In this document: positions 44,106-54,899 of the stretch, piece by piece
How positions within the stretch are numbered: the stretch's first letter is position 1
Layout of the letters: every line of letters starts with the position of its first letter
Source: Candidatus Uhrbacteria bacterium
Lineage (GTDB): Bacteria > Patescibacteriota > Patescibacteriia > 2-12-FULL-60-25
Direction of reading: 5' to 3'
DNA length: 64,000 bases
Assembly (NCBI GenBank): GCA_963835915.1
Contig: CAWIHE010000004.1
Coordinates: 696,248-760,247 of the forward strand
The notes under the pieces: model-generated
What the model was told of the DNA's origin: nothing
What the model saw: only the letters and a program-made list of their open reading frames with translations
Databases searched by the model: none
Translations under genes and position numbers: made by a program

Positions 44106-44187
44106 ATGGAAATTGGAAATTGGAAAATGGAAAATGGACCGGCCGAATCCGATCCGTCCATTTTCCATTTTCCATTTTCCATCTTCC
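44106..44187. repeat. Family F hairpin (GGAAATT/GGAAAAT heptamer arms), copy 1, between atpH and atpA
   Basis: atggaaattggaaattggaaaatggaaaatggac-cggccgaatccgatcc-gtccattttccattttccattttccatcttcc. Confidence 0.9.
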
Positions 44188-44200
44188 ACCCACCAAGCGT

Positions 44201-45715
44201 ATGACCACCAAAGCAACCAACGACATCGTCGAAGAATTGAAGCGACAGATTGCCAGCTTCAAAGATCACGCCTCGTCCGAGGAGACCGGACGCGTCCGCG
44301 AAGTCGGCGACGGGATCGTGAAAGCATCCGGGCTGTCGAACATCGGATCCATGGAGATGGTCGAATTCGAAGACGGGTCCGCGGGATTCGCGCTGAACTT
44401 GGAAGACGACCAGGTCGGCATCCTCATCCTCGGCGAGACGGAAGGCATCAAAGAAGGCGGACGGGTCAAAGCAACAGGAAAAATCCTTTCCGTCCCGGTC
44501 GGAAAAGACGTGACCGGCCGCGTCGTTGATCCGCTCGGACGCCCGCTCGATGGCGTGGGACCCATTGAGTCAAAGGTCATGTACCCGGTCGAGAAGGTCG
44601 CACCGCGCGTCATGACGCGCGAGCGCGTGAGCCAGCCGCTCATGACCGGCATCAAAGCGATCGACTCGATGATCCCGATCGGACGCGGTCAGCGCGAACT
44701 CATCATCGGCGACCGCCAGACGGGGAAGACGGCAATCGCGATCGACACGATCATCAACCAGAAAGGGCAGGACGTCCATTGCGTGTACGTCGCCATCGGG
44801 CAGAAGGAATCAAAAGTCGCGAAGATGATGCAACGACTGAAGGACGCGGGCGCCATGGCCTACACGACGATCGTCTCGGCTGGAGCATCTGATCCTGCAG
44901 CTCTCCAATTCATCGCGCCGTACGCCGGCTGCGCGATTTCCGAGTGGTTCATGGACCAGGGCGAGGACGTCCTCATCATCTACGACGATCTCTCGAAGCA
45001 CGCGTGGGCCTACCGCGAAGCCTCGCTCCTTCTTCGCCGACCTCCGGGCCGCGAAGCGTACCCGGGCGACGTCTTCTACCTCCACTCGCGTCTCCTTGAG
45101 CGCTCTGCGAGACGGAACAAGGAGAGCGGCGGGGGGTCCATCACCGCGCTCCCGATCATCGAGACGCAGGCCGGCGACGTCTCCGCCTACATCCCGACGA
45201 ACGTCATCTCGATCACGGACGGCCAGATCTATCTTGAGAGCGACCTCTTCTACAAAGGCATCCGCCCCGCGGTGAACGTCGGCCTCTCGGTTTCCCGCGT
45301 CGGCGGCGATGCGCAGACGAAGGCGATGAAGAAAGTCGCCGGCCAGCTCCGCCTTGACCTCGCCCAGTTCCGTGAGCTTGAAGCGTTCTCCCAGTTTGCG
45401 ACAGACCTCGACGAAACGACGCGCAAACAGATCGAACGCGGCCGCCGCACGGTCGAAATCCTGAAACAGGCCCAGTACGCACCGATGGAGCTCGCCCACG
45501 AAGTCGCCGTCATCTTCGCCGTCACGAAAGGCCTTGCTGACGCGATCCCCGTCGATAAGATGATGGAATGGGAACAGGGCTTCCACGAATACCTCGTCGC
45601 CTCCGAATCCGACCTCCTCGCCGAGATCACGGCTAAGAAGATCCTCGACGATGACATCATCAAAGGCCTCGAACGAGCGGTCTCCGACTGGAACAAAACC
45701 TTCATCGCGAGTTGA
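44201..45715 (+). CDS. atpA: F0F1 ATP synthase subunit alpha
   Basis: GDRQTGKTA (Walker A), [44 protein letters not shown] 44201, downstream of the hairpin. Confidence 0.97.
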   Translation: MTTKATNDIVEELKRQIASFKDHASSEETGRVREVGDGIVKASGLSNIGSMEMVEFEDGSAGFALNLEDDQVGILILGETEGIKEGGRVKATGKILSVPVGKDVTGRVVDPLGRPLDGVGPIESKVMYPVEKVAPRVMTRERVSQPLMTGIKAIDSMIPIGRGQRELIIGDRQTGKTAIAIDTIINQKGQDVHCVYVAIGQKESKVAKMMQRLKDAGAMAYTTIVSAGASDPAALQFIAPYAGCAISEWFMDQGEDVLIIYDDLSKHAWAYREASLLLRRPPGREAYPGDVFYLHSRLLERSARRNKESGGGSITALPIIETQAGDVSAYIPTNVISITDGQIYLESDLFYKGIRPAVNVGLSVSRVGGDAQTKAMKKVAGQLRLDLAQFRELEAFSQFATDLDETTRKQIERGRRTVEILKQAQYAPMELAHEVAVIFAVTKGLADAIPVDKMMEWEQGFHEYLVASESDLLAEITAKKILDDDIIKGLERAVSDWNKTFIAS

Positions 45716-45769
45716 TCAATCTCAATGAGCCCCGCATAAACGCTCGCCGCATAACCGCCTAACCGTCCT

Positions 45770-46669
45770 ATGGCCGTCGCCACCCGCCTCATCCGACGCC
45801 GGATCACCTCGATCCGCAGCACCCGCAAAATCACGAAAGCGATGGAGCTTGTTTCGGCGTCCAAAATGCGGAAGTGCGTCCAGCTCGCCGTCTCGTCCCG
45901 TGCGTACGCGGATGCCGCGCGGCTGCTCGTCGATCAGATCCTCCACCTCGTCGATCCGGGAATGCATGAACTTCTCCTCGGCTACAAAAAAGATGGAGAT
46001 CATCGCGCACCGGCATCAGCGAAGAAGACGATCATCGCCGTCTGCGCCTCGGACCGCGGGCTCTGCGGCGGGTTCAACGCGCAGGAGATGAAGAAGACGA
46101 TCGAATTCGTCCGTGGACGCGCATCGGATCACATCGAGATCGTCTCAATCGGACGTCGCGCGGAGCGCGCGCTCGGACGCGCGGGACTTCCGATTATCGC
46201 CTCGTTTGAAGCGATCTCAAACGCTCCGTCGTTCGCACGGACGACGCCCGTGAGTAAGCTCCTCGTCGACGCGTTCGTCTCGGGCCGCGCGGATCGCGTA
46301 TTCATCTCCTACATGAAGTTCGAGGGCGCGATGAAGCAGGTTCCGACCGTCGAACAGATTCTCCCAATCATCCCTGAAGAGAAGATTGAAACGTCCAAGT
46401 CGGATGAGAACGACGACCTCGTCTTTGAACCGGATCCATCAGCCGTCCTTGATCGCCTCCTCCCAAAGCTCGTCGAAACGCGCATCTACCAGGCACTCCT
46501 TGAATCGTCAGCGTCGGAGCACTCGGCTCGGATGATGGCGATGCGAAGCGCCACGGACAGCGCGACGACGATGCTTGATGACCTCACGCTCGCTTTCAAT
46601 CAGGCGAGGCAGGCGGGAATCACGCAGGAAATCTCTGAGATTTCTGCGGGGAAGGCGGCCATCGAATAA
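45770..46669 (+). CDS. atpG: F0F1 ATP synthase subunit gamma
   Basis: RRITSIRSTRKITKAMELVSASKMRK, C-terminal ITQEISEISAGKAA. Confidence 0.93.
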   Translation: MAVATRLIRRRITSIRSTRKITKAMELVSASKMRKCVQLAVSSRAYADAARLLVDQILHLVDPGMHELLLGYKKDGDHRAPASAKKTIIAVCASDRGLCGGFNAQEMKKTIEFVRGRASDHIEIVSIGRRAERALGRAGLPIIASFEAISNAPSFARTTPVSKLLVDAFVSGRADRVFISYMKFEGAMKQVPTVEQILPIIPEEKIETSKSDENDDLVFEPDPSAVLDRLLPKLVETRIYQALLESSASEHSARMMAMRSATDSATTMLDDLTLAFNQARQAGITQEISEISAGKAAIE

Positions 46670-46690
46670 CCCATGAACTTCTTTTCCGAC

Positions 46691-48144
<1,454 letters not shown>

Positions 48145-48150
48145 CCGCTC

Positions 48151-48276
48151 AAATCTGGGCCTACGAATTTACGAATAGGGCGAATCGGCGAATGTAGGAA
48201 TAAGCTTAATCAAATATTGAAATCATTCATAATTCGCCGATTCGTGAGCCCATTCGTAAATTCGTAGGCCCAGATT
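48151..48276. repeat. Family B hairpin element, copy 3, between atpD and atpC
   Basis: aaatctgggcctacgaatttacgaatagggcgaatcggcgaatgtaggaataag ... attcgccgattcgtgagcccattcgtaaattcgtaggcccagattt. Confidence 0.9.
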
Positions 48277-48293
48277 TATCAACAACCGCCCAC

Positions 48294-48737
48294 ATGAACC
48301 TAAAGGTCAAACTTGTAACACCTGATCGCGTCCTCTTTGAAGAAGAGGCCGTGTCATTGACCGTGCCTACGGAAACGGGGGAAATCACGATCCTGCCGAA
48401 CCACGCGCCGCTCGTCGCAAACATTATCTCGGGCGTTGCGGAACTCCATCGGCCCGACGGCAGCATCGAGGACATCGCGCTCTCGAACGGCTTCCTCCAG
48501 ATCGGAACCGGCAGCCAGGTCTCCATCCTCGCCGAAACGGCGGAGCGCGGCGCGGAGCTCGATATCCAAGCCATCGACGAAGCGAAAGCGCGTGCCGAGA
48601 AGGTGATGAAAGAAGGCATCCACGCGACCGAAGAATCCTTCGCCGAAGCGGCGGCTGCGCTCGAACGCGAACTTGCGAGGTATCGGGCGGCGATGAAGTA
48701 CAAGAAGAGGGGAGGGCATCATTCGTCGCAGAGATAG
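48294..48737 (+). CDS. atpC: F0F1 ATP synthase subunit epsilon
   Basis: MNLKVKLVTPDRVLFEEEAVSLTVPTETGEITILPNHAPLV; operon position. Confidence 0.9.
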   Translation: MNLKVKLVTPDRVLFEEEAVSLTVPTETGEITILPNHAPLVANIISGVAELHRPDGSIEDIALSNGFLQIGTGSQVSILAETAERGAELDIQAIDEAKARAEKVMKEGIHATEESFAEAAAALERELARYRAAMKYKKRGGHHSSQR

Positions 48738-48768
48738 CTTCCGCAATAGACTGACGATACCTATCCAC

Positions 48769-48896
48769 TTTCCCGAGCGAGCCCGTCCGACGGGCGACGA
48801 GGGATCCCTTTGAAGCGGGGTGAGGATCTAGATGCAACTCCATTTAGTCGCGAAGGTCGTTTCTGAGGGATCCCTCGTCACGGACTCCTCGGGAAA
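48769..48896. repeat. Family K palindromic MITE-like element (~128 bp), copy 1
   Basis: Termini tttcccgag / ctcgggaaa; inner pair cgacgagggatccct / agggatccctcgtc; sub-hairpin cccgtc-c-gacggg. Confidence 0.85.
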
Positions 48897-48998
48897 ATAC
48901 AAAACAGGCAAGGCTTCATGCTGAGAATCTTCTAACTGATTAGTTGCCTAACCTCCCTGCTTCCGTTAAGCTCTCTTGCGTACGCTAGAACCTAAAAC

Positions 48999-49532
48999 AT
49001 GCGCTGTTTTATCGCACTTCCGCTCGCTTCCGAGCTCCGCGACGTCATGACGGAGGCGTGGGCCAAAGCGGAAAAGCCGTTGAAGATTCGGAGAATCGCC
49101 GAAGGGCAGTGGCATGTCACGCTTGCCTTTCTTGGCGATGTTACGCCAAACCACGTCGGCGATCTCATTCGCGTGTGCAATCGGCAGGGGAAATGTCCGG
49201 GGACGATCACGTTCAATGAGTTCAGATCCTTCCCGCATGATCGTCCGCGCATGATCGTGGCGTCCGGAGAGCCGGAGCCGATCAACATGTGGAAGATGTT
49301 CGTCGACCAGCTCCGCGACCAGTGCGCGATCTTCTCGCCAGCCATGGATCGAAAGCCGTGGCGCGCGCACGTGACGCTCGCACGTTCGGCCCCGGACACC
49401 TGTCTCCTCCCATGGTCATCACCCATCGGCCCGTGGACGTGGCAGCCCGGAGGATTCATCCTATACGAGAGCAGGCTGGAGGCGACGGGCTCGAAGTACC
49501 GGGTTATCCATGAGTTTCCGTTTACGCATTAA
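48999..49532 (+). CDS. thpR: RNA 2',3'-cyclic phosphodiesterase (2H phosphoesterase, LigT/ThpR)
   Basis: Two HxT/S motifs: WHVTLAFLG and AHVTLARS. N-terminus MRCFIALPL. Confidence 0.8.
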   Translation: MRCFIALPLASELRDVMTEAWAKAEKPLKIRRIAEGQWHVTLAFLGDVTPNHVGDLIRVCNRQGKCPGTITFNEFRSFPHDRPRMIVASGEPEPINMWKMFVDQLRDQCAIFSPAMDRKPWRAHVTLARSAPDTCLLPWSSPIGPWTWQPGGFILYESRLEATGSKYRVIHEFPFTH

Positions 49533-49540
49533 AATAGCTC

Positions 49541-49684
49541 TATGTCATCCCGAACCGAGTCCCGCCAACGGCGGGACGAAGCGTGAGGGATCCCGGGACG
49601 AGATGGGGCCACGATGGCGCGATGACTATTCCTGAGATCCCTCACCCATCGCTCGCGGACTCGCTCCGGATTCGGGATGACATA
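49541..49684. repeat. Large palindromic element (~144 bp) related in design to family K
   Basis: Termini tgtcatcccgaa / ttcgggatgaca; inner pair gtgagggatc / gatccctcac; sub-hairpin gtcccgcc-aac-ggcgggac. Confidence 0.8.
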
Positions 49685-49689
49685 ATGGT

Positions 49690-50469
49690 ATGAGTCATTT
49701 ACATACGTCTACAAGTTTCTTCGGCATCACCGTCGACGGTCTGACCGTAGAAGAAATCATCTCCCGCATCGAGTCGAGCCCCGCTCGGCCGTTTTGGATT
49801 GTGACGGCGAATCCGGAGATCCTCCTTTTCGCCAAGCGGAATCCCTCATACGCCGAAACGCTTCGTCGCGCAGATCTCCGCATCGTCGACGGCTTCGGCC
49901 TCTCGCTCGTCGGGTGGCTCCGGGGCGCCCGTCTCAAGCGGACGACCGGGGTCGATCTCGCGGAACGGCTGGCGTGCTGGGCGGCCCAAAAAGGCCTCTC
50001 TGTAGCGCTTATCGGCGGTGAGGTGCCGGATGTCGAAAAGCGGGCTTTACGCGCCCTACAGGCCAAAATTCCGGGCCTACGGGGGTTCACGGAGGCCGGC
50101 GGACGCGTATCCGCCGACGGCGTAGGGGATGAAGCGAACGATGACGCAAAAATGCGCATTTCGCTTCAGGACCCGGGTGTCATCTTCGTCGCCTTTGGCC
50201 ATCCCAAGCAGGAACGCTGGATCGAACGCTGCCGCGAGGACTTCCCCAACGCCCGCGCCATCATCGGCGTCGGCGGGACATTCAACTACTGGGCCGGCGC
50301 TTCATCCCGCGCGCCGGGATGGGTACGCTCGATCGGATTTGAATGGCTCTACCGGCTGGTGACGGAGCCGAAGAGGTGGAAAAGGATTTGGGATGCGGTG
50401 GTGGTGTTTCCTGTCGCAGTTACGTCTTTTTCATTTTTTCATGCTAAAATAGACAAGAATAAACTATGA
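49690..50469 (+). CDS. WecB/TagA/CpsF-family glycosyltransferase
   Basis: VTANPEILL, RIVDGFGL, FGHPKQERWI, VGGTFNYWAG. Confidence 0.8.
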   Translation: MSHLHTSTSFFGITVDGLTVEEIISRIESSPARPFWIVTANPEILLFAKRNPSYAETLRRADLRIVDGFGLSLVGWLRGARLKRTTGVDLAERLACWAAQKGLSVALIGGEVPDVEKRALRALQAKIPGLRGFTEAGGRVSADGVGDEANDDAKMRISLQDPGVIFVAFGHPKQERWIERCREDFPNARAIIGVGGTFNYWAGASSRAPGWVRSIGFEWLYRLVTEPKRWKRIWDAVVVFPVAVTSFSFFHAKIDKNKL

Positions 50470-51095
50470 ATTTACTCTATTTCCTCCTTGCTGTAATAGC
50501 TATCATTCTTTGGCGCATTTACCGTCAGAAAGAAGATGAAAAAGAAGCGATTGCCAGCGAGAAATTTGATACTGAATGGGAGGCGAAGAAAAAGAATGAA
50601 TTTAAAGATTATCCTCATTTGATAGGGAATGTTGATTACACTTGGTTGGAACTTTTCGGAAAAATTTATGTCGAGAAAGATTTTCCACACCTTAAGGCGG
50701 CTTTTCTCATATACTTGAAAGAATCCAATAACACTAAGTTAGATATGGAGGTAGATATGTTGTTTAGTGCGGTATGGGATATTACGGAAGAACTTCTTGA
50801 ACATCTAGAGAAATGTCACGTGAGTACAAAGTACGAATTCGAAATAGCAATTCTTACCTACTGGCAGATCATTGGACAAGAAGCCGATTCCTTTGTCGGG
50901 AAAGATATTGAAGATATAAAAAAGGCATTTCGTTCTGCACCATTTACCGATATAAAAAAGATTGCTTCGTGGTTTCCGAAAAAATCGAACCACCCGGATA
51001 AAGAACTTTCGTTTACAGATAAAAATGGAGTATTTCCTAGAGAATCGAAGGGCTCAACTCTAATTCAAAAGAGATTAAAAGCGCTCGGACTTTGA
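50466..51095 (+). CDS. Hypothetical protein with an N-terminal TM helix (AT-rich islet)
   Basis: ATGA overlap with the upstream stop. MNLLYFLLAVIAIILWRIY. Markedly AT-rich codons relative to neighbours. Confidence 0.55.
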   Translation: MNLLYFLLAVIAIILWRIYRQKEDEKEAIASEKFDTEWEAKKKNEFKDYPHLIGNVDYTWLELFGKIYVEKDFPHLKAAFLIYLKESNNTKLDMEVDMLFSAVWDITEELLEHLEKCHVSTKYEFEIAILTYWQIIGQEADSFVGKDIEDIKKAFRSAPFTDIKKIASWFPKKSNHPDKELSFTDKNGVFPRESKGSTLIQKRLKALGL

Positions 51096-51113
51096 TGTAA
51101 AGTAATCACCTTT

Positions 51114-51143
51114 AAAAAACCGCCCATTTTGGGCGGTTTTTTT
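51114..51143. terminator. Bidirectional rho-independent terminator
   Basis: aaaaaa-ccgccca-tttt-gggcgg-ttttttt. Confidence 0.9.
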
Positions 51144-51423
51144 AAACTCTCAATTCTCTAACTCTTACGCCTTCGGCGCTTCTTCTGCCGGGGGAACTTC
51201 CGGGGTCGGCTCTGTGGCGACCGGCGCCGGTGTTGCCTCTTCAGGGGCCTTCGTCTCTTCGACGGGCGCTGCCGTTGTATCGTCTGACATATGAGCTTTT
51301 GGCTGTATGGAAACAGAATGAAGTGAATTACCGCTGTACTATGCCAGAATTCGACGATAAGGTCAATGGACGCTTGGTGTTGTTGACCTCTCTCCATTCT
51401 TTCCTGTATTCTAAAATCAACAT

Positions 51424-51642
51424 ATGAGCCGTATTAACTTAACGAATATCGTCTGGCGGGAAGGAAAACACTTCGTCTCATGGAATCTCAACACGGGTGT
51501 TTCCAGTTTTGGGGACACGAAAAAAGAAGCTCTCGGGTCTCTCCAGGAAGCGCTTGAGCTCTATCTTGAAGATGTCCCTTCTTCAAAGATCATGAAAGTT
51601 GAACGTCCGGACGTGGTTCCGCTTCTTTTTAAGCATGCCTAG
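51424..51642 (+). CDS. hicB: HicB-family antitoxin
   Basis: REGKHFVSWNLNTGVSSFGDTKKEALGSLQEALELYLED; overlaps hicA by 8 nt. Confidence 0.6.
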   Translation: MSRINLTNIVWREGKHFVSWNLNTGVSSFGDTKKEALGSLQEALELYLEDVPSSKIMKVERPDVVPLLFKHA

Positions 51643-51862
51643 ACCGATCCAGCTGAAGATCGTCCTCCGGATCCTGCAGGAAAAAGGATTCTTTTTTATT
51701 TCGCAGAGGGGATCACACGCGAAATTTCGCAAGCATGGGAAGCCGACGAAAACCGTTATCGTTAAGATGGGCAAGAAGGAGATCCCGCATGGCACATTCC
51801 AGTCAATTCTGCTCTTATCCGGGCTTAAAGAGTCCGACTTTAGAGATGATCTGAAGTCGTAG
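51635..51862 (+). CDS. hicA: HicA-family mRNA interferase toxin
   Basis: MPRPIQLKIVLRILQEKGFFFISQRGSHAKFRKHGKPTKTVIVKMGKKEIPHGTFQSILLLSGL. Confidence 0.75.
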   Translation: MPRPIQLKIVLRILQEKGFFFISQRGSHAKFRKHGKPTKTVIVKMGKKEIPHGTFQSILLLSGLKESDFRDDLKS

Positions 51863-51898
51863 ACATCCCACATCAATCCCCGTACGATTCCCCTCGCT

Positions 51899-53371
51899 AT
51901 GCCCATCCGCACGCGATTCGCGCCAAGTCCGACCGGCTACCTCCACATTGGGGGGCTTCGGACCGGGCTCTACCAGATGTTGTTTGCGAAAAAGAATAAG
52001 GGCACATTCATCCTGCGGATCGAGGATACGGACCGCACGCGGTTCATCGAGGGGTCGACCGAGTCGTTCTGCAAGACGCTGCAGACCATCGGGATTGTGC
52101 CGGACGAGGGGATGATGATCGACGAGAAGGGGATGCTCTACGAGAAAGGCGATCACGGATCCTACCTCCAGTCCAAGAATGCGGACCGTCATCTCGCGTA
52201 TGCGCAACAGCTCATCGAGATGGGAAAGGCGTATCCGTGCTTCTGCACGGAAGAGCGCCTTCAGGAGATGAGAAAATCTCAAGAGGCGAATCATCATCCG
52301 ACGCGATACGACCGGGCGTGCAGGGCGATTCCGGCAGAAGAGGCTGCACAACTCGTCACCGATGGTGAGAAGCACGTCATCCGTCTTGCGCTTCCGACGA
52401 CAGGAAACATGACGTTCCACGATGAAATCCGCGGGGACGTCTCGTTCAGCTGGAGCGAAGTCGATGACCAGGTCATCATCAAATCCGATGGCATGGCGAC
52501 GTACCACCTCGCTTCGACGTGCGACGACCATGACATGGAGATTACGCACGTGATCCGCGGCGAGGAATGGATCTCGTCGACGCCGAAGCACCACTTCATC
52601 TACGAATCGTTCGGCTGGACGCCTCCAGTCTATGCGCACCTCCCGCTTCTCCTCAACGCGGACCGGTCAAAACTCTCTAAGCGCCAGCGCGACGTTGCCG
52701 TCGAGGATTTTCTGAATGACGGATATCTCCCTGAAGCGATCATCAATTTCGTCGCGTTGCTTGGATGGAATCCGTCGGGCGAGCGTGAGATCTACACGAT
52801 GGCCGAACTCATCGCGGCATTCGACCTCTTGAAGGTCAACAAGGGCGGCGCGGTCGTCAATTACGAAAAACTCGACTGGATGAACGCGCAGTACATCAAG
52901 GCGATGCCCGAGGCGGACTTCCTTGCGCATACAGATGCGCGACTGAACGGGATCATTCAGGATGCTGACGTGCGGAAGCGCGTTGCGCTCGCCATCCGCG
53001 AACGGATGGTGAAGTTCGCTGACGTTGCGACGGCCGCCGCGGAATTCCTCTCAACGCCTGAGAACGTCGACGCGTCCGTACTCGTCTGGAAGACCCAGAA
53101 GCCGCACGACGCGGCAAAGATGCTGGAAGTTGCCCGACTCCATATCGATTCGATGGACGACGCCACCCTCGCATCGATCTCCGCGATCGAAGCGTCATTC
53201 AAGGAACACATCGCGGATGCCAAACTCCAAAACGGCGAAGTCCTCTGGCCGCTCCGCGTCGCCCTCTCGGGTAAGACGCCCTCGCCGCCGCCGTTTGATC
53301 TGATCTACGTGCTCGGGAAGAAAATGACGCTGGAGCGGATCAAGAGCGCGATCGAGATTCTGAATAAGTAG
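51899..53371 (+). CDS. gltX: Glutamate--tRNA ligase
   Basis: RTRFAPSPTGYLHIGGLRT (HIGH), KLSKRQ (KMSKS). Confidence 0.95.
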   Translation: MPIRTRFAPSPTGYLHIGGLRTGLYQMLFAKKNKGTFILRIEDTDRTRFIEGSTESFCKTLQTIGIVPDEGMMIDEKGMLYEKGDHGSYLQSKNADRHLAYAQQLIEMGKAYPCFCTEERLQEMRKSQEANHHPTRYDRACRAIPAEEAAQLVTDGEKHVIRLALPTTGNMTFHDEIRGDVSFSWSEVDDQVIIKSDGMATYHLASTCDDHDMEITHVIRGEEWISSTPKHHFIYESFGWTPPVYAHLPLLLNADRSKLSKRQRDVAVEDFLNDGYLPEAIINFVALLGWNPSGEREIYTMAELIAAFDLLKVNKGGAVVNYEKLDWMNAQYIKAMPEADFLAHTDARLNGIIQDADVRKRVALAIRERMVKFADVATAAAEFLSTPENVDASVLVWKTQKPHDAAKMLEVARLHIDSMDDATLASISAIEASFKEHIADAKLQNGEVLWPLRVALSGKTPSPPPFDLIYVLGKKMTLERIKSAIEILNK

Positions 53372-53395
53372 TATTTTTGATCCGACCTCCTCTTT

Positions 53396-53505
53396 CATTT
53401 TCCCGAGGAGTCTGCGACGAGGGATCGCTTTGGTTGAAAGCCTGGAGCCATACAGCAAGAAAGGGATCCCTCCGACCCCGTCGGACGGTGTCGTTCGGGA
53501 AAATG
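53396..53505. repeat. Family K element, copy 2, inverted relative to copy 1
   Basis: The reverse complement of the right half (ttttcccgaacgacaccgtccgacggggtcggagggatcccttt) aligns with the left half of 48769-48896. Confidence 0.85.
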
Positions 53506-53541
53506 AAAAGAGCATATCCACTTCCCGGACCGCTCATGCGC

Positions 53542-53547
53542 TATAAT
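53542..53547 (+). promoter_or_regulatory. Consensus -10 box TATAAT, 6 nt upstream of ATG 53554 (leaderless-type)
   Basis: gcTATAATgcccgcATG. Confidence 0.5.
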
Positions 53548-53553
53548 GCCCGC

Positions 53554-54825
53554 ATGCGTTTGTTTTTCGCCACATTTTGCACTATTCTCGTCGTCGCCGT
53601 CGGCGCGATCGGGGTGCGAGCGGCATCGGCGACGCCGACGACGCCGGAGATCGACACGCTGAACGCGCAGATCAAGGACCAGCAGAGCAAGGCGAAAGAC
53701 CTTGACGGGCTCATCCAGGCGACGCAGTCGAGCATCACGGCGCACCAGAGCGACGTCCAAAATCTTCAAAACGAAATCGCGCTCCTCGATAACCAGATCG
53801 CGGAGAAACAGTTTACGGTTGCGCGAACGCAGAACGAGATCGATACGGTCACGCTTGAGATCGATCTCGCGACGAAACAGATTACGCTGCACGAAGACCG
53901 CATTGCAAAAGAAAAGGATCTCGTCGAAGCGCTCATCCAACGGATGAACGAGGAGGATGCAACGACGCCGCTCGACGTTCTCCTTGAAAACGGGACGCTC
54001 TCGGACGCGTTCGCGCGGTTCGAGGAGGTCCGGAAGATCGGGCGCGACCTCGAGACCACGCTCGCGCGCGTTAAAGACGAGAAGACGGCAATTGAGGCGG
54101 AAAAGCAGACGCAGGTCGAAAAGCAGACCGCGCTTGAAGATGCAAAACAGGCCCTGAAAGATCAGATGCTCGAACTCCAAACGGAGCGTGATTCGAAAAC
54201 GTCGCTCGTCTCGGAGACGCAGGACAAGGAGGCGGAATTCCAGCGGATTCTTTACGAGCTCCAGCAACAGCAGCAGTCGACGACGGGGGAAATTTCCGAT
54301 CTCCAAACCAAACTGAAACAGCAGCTCCAATCGGTCGATGAGCTCCTGTCGCGCGGTAACACGACGTTCTCGTGGCCCGTGGATCCATCACGGGGCATCA
54401 CGGCGATCTTCCACGACCCCCTCTACCCGTTCCGCGCGATTTTCGAACACCCCGGTGAAGACATCCGCGCGAGCGTAGGCACGCCCATCCGCGCGGCCGC
54501 TGGCGGGTACGTCGCATGGACGAAGACGGGGCGCATGTACGGGAACTACATCATGATCGTCCACTCGGGCGGACTCGCAACCGTGTACGGTCACCTCTCC
54601 AAGTTCATCGCAAAGCCGGACACGTTCGTTGAGCGCGGCGACATCATCGGCCTATCGGGCGGCATGCCGGGTCAGCCCGGCGCGGGCCTTTCGACCGGCC
54701 CGCACGTCCACTTCGAAGTCCGCCTGAACGGCATTCCCGTTGATCCCGAACACTATCTGCCCGATTTCCCCTCAAGCTTCTACGACAGCTATGCGGAGTA
54801 TAAGGCGATGAAGATAAGACTTTAG
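53554..54825 (+). CDS. M23-family murein endopeptidase with an N-terminal coiled coil (EnvC-like)
   Basis: Signal/TM MRLFFATFCTILVVAVGAIGVRA, long Q/E/L coiled coil, HPGEDIRA...GNYIMIVHSGGLATVYGHLS...GPHVHFEV. Alternative start at 53536. Confidence 0.9.
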   Translation: MRLFFATFCTILVVAVGAIGVRAASATPTTPEIDTLNAQIKDQQSKAKDLDGLIQATQSSITAHQSDVQNLQNEIALLDNQIAEKQFTVARTQNEIDTVTLEIDLATKQITLHEDRIAKEKDLVEALIQRMNEEDATTPLDVLLENGTLSDAFARFEEVRKIGRDLETTLARVKDEKTAIEAEKQTQVEKQTALEDAKQALKDQMLELQTERDSKTSLVSETQDKEAEFQRILYELQQQQQSTTGEISDLQTKLKQQLQSVDELLSRGNTTFSWPVDPSRGITAIFHDPLYPFRAIFEHPGEDIRASVGTPIRAAAGGYVAWTKTGRMYGNYIMIVHSGGLATVYGHLSKFIAKPDTFVERGDIIGLSGGMPGQPGAGLSTGPHVHFEVRLNGIPVDPEHYLPDFPSSFYDSYAEYKAMKIRL

Positions 54826-54830
54826 ACTCA

Positions 54831-54899
54831 AGTCGATAAGTCGATCAGTCGGTGAGTCGGTCAGTGCGAACGACTCACCGACTGATCGACTTATCGACT
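54831..54899. repeat. Family G hairpin (TCGATNAG/CGACT arms) between convergent genes; overlaps the dusB stop
   Basis: agtcgataagtcgatcagtcggtgagtcgg ... cgactcaccgactgatcgacttatcgact. Confidence 0.9.

Noticed and set aside
49675-49692. TGaCATAAT (extended -10-like) just upstream of the tagA-like start
   Set aside because: It lies only 3 nt from the ATG and is part of the terminal repeat of the 144-bp palindromic element, so the spacing is incompatible with the leaderless pattern seen elsewhere.
51158-51397. 79-aa Arg/Lys-rich ORF, and an alternative 41-aa acidic Pro-rich ORF (51165-51290, minus strand) next to the bidirectional terminator
   Set aside because: Both derive from one short GC-rich patch read in different frames. 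Neither has a convincing ribosome-binding site or promoter that I could see. Coding status is undecidable from sequence alone.
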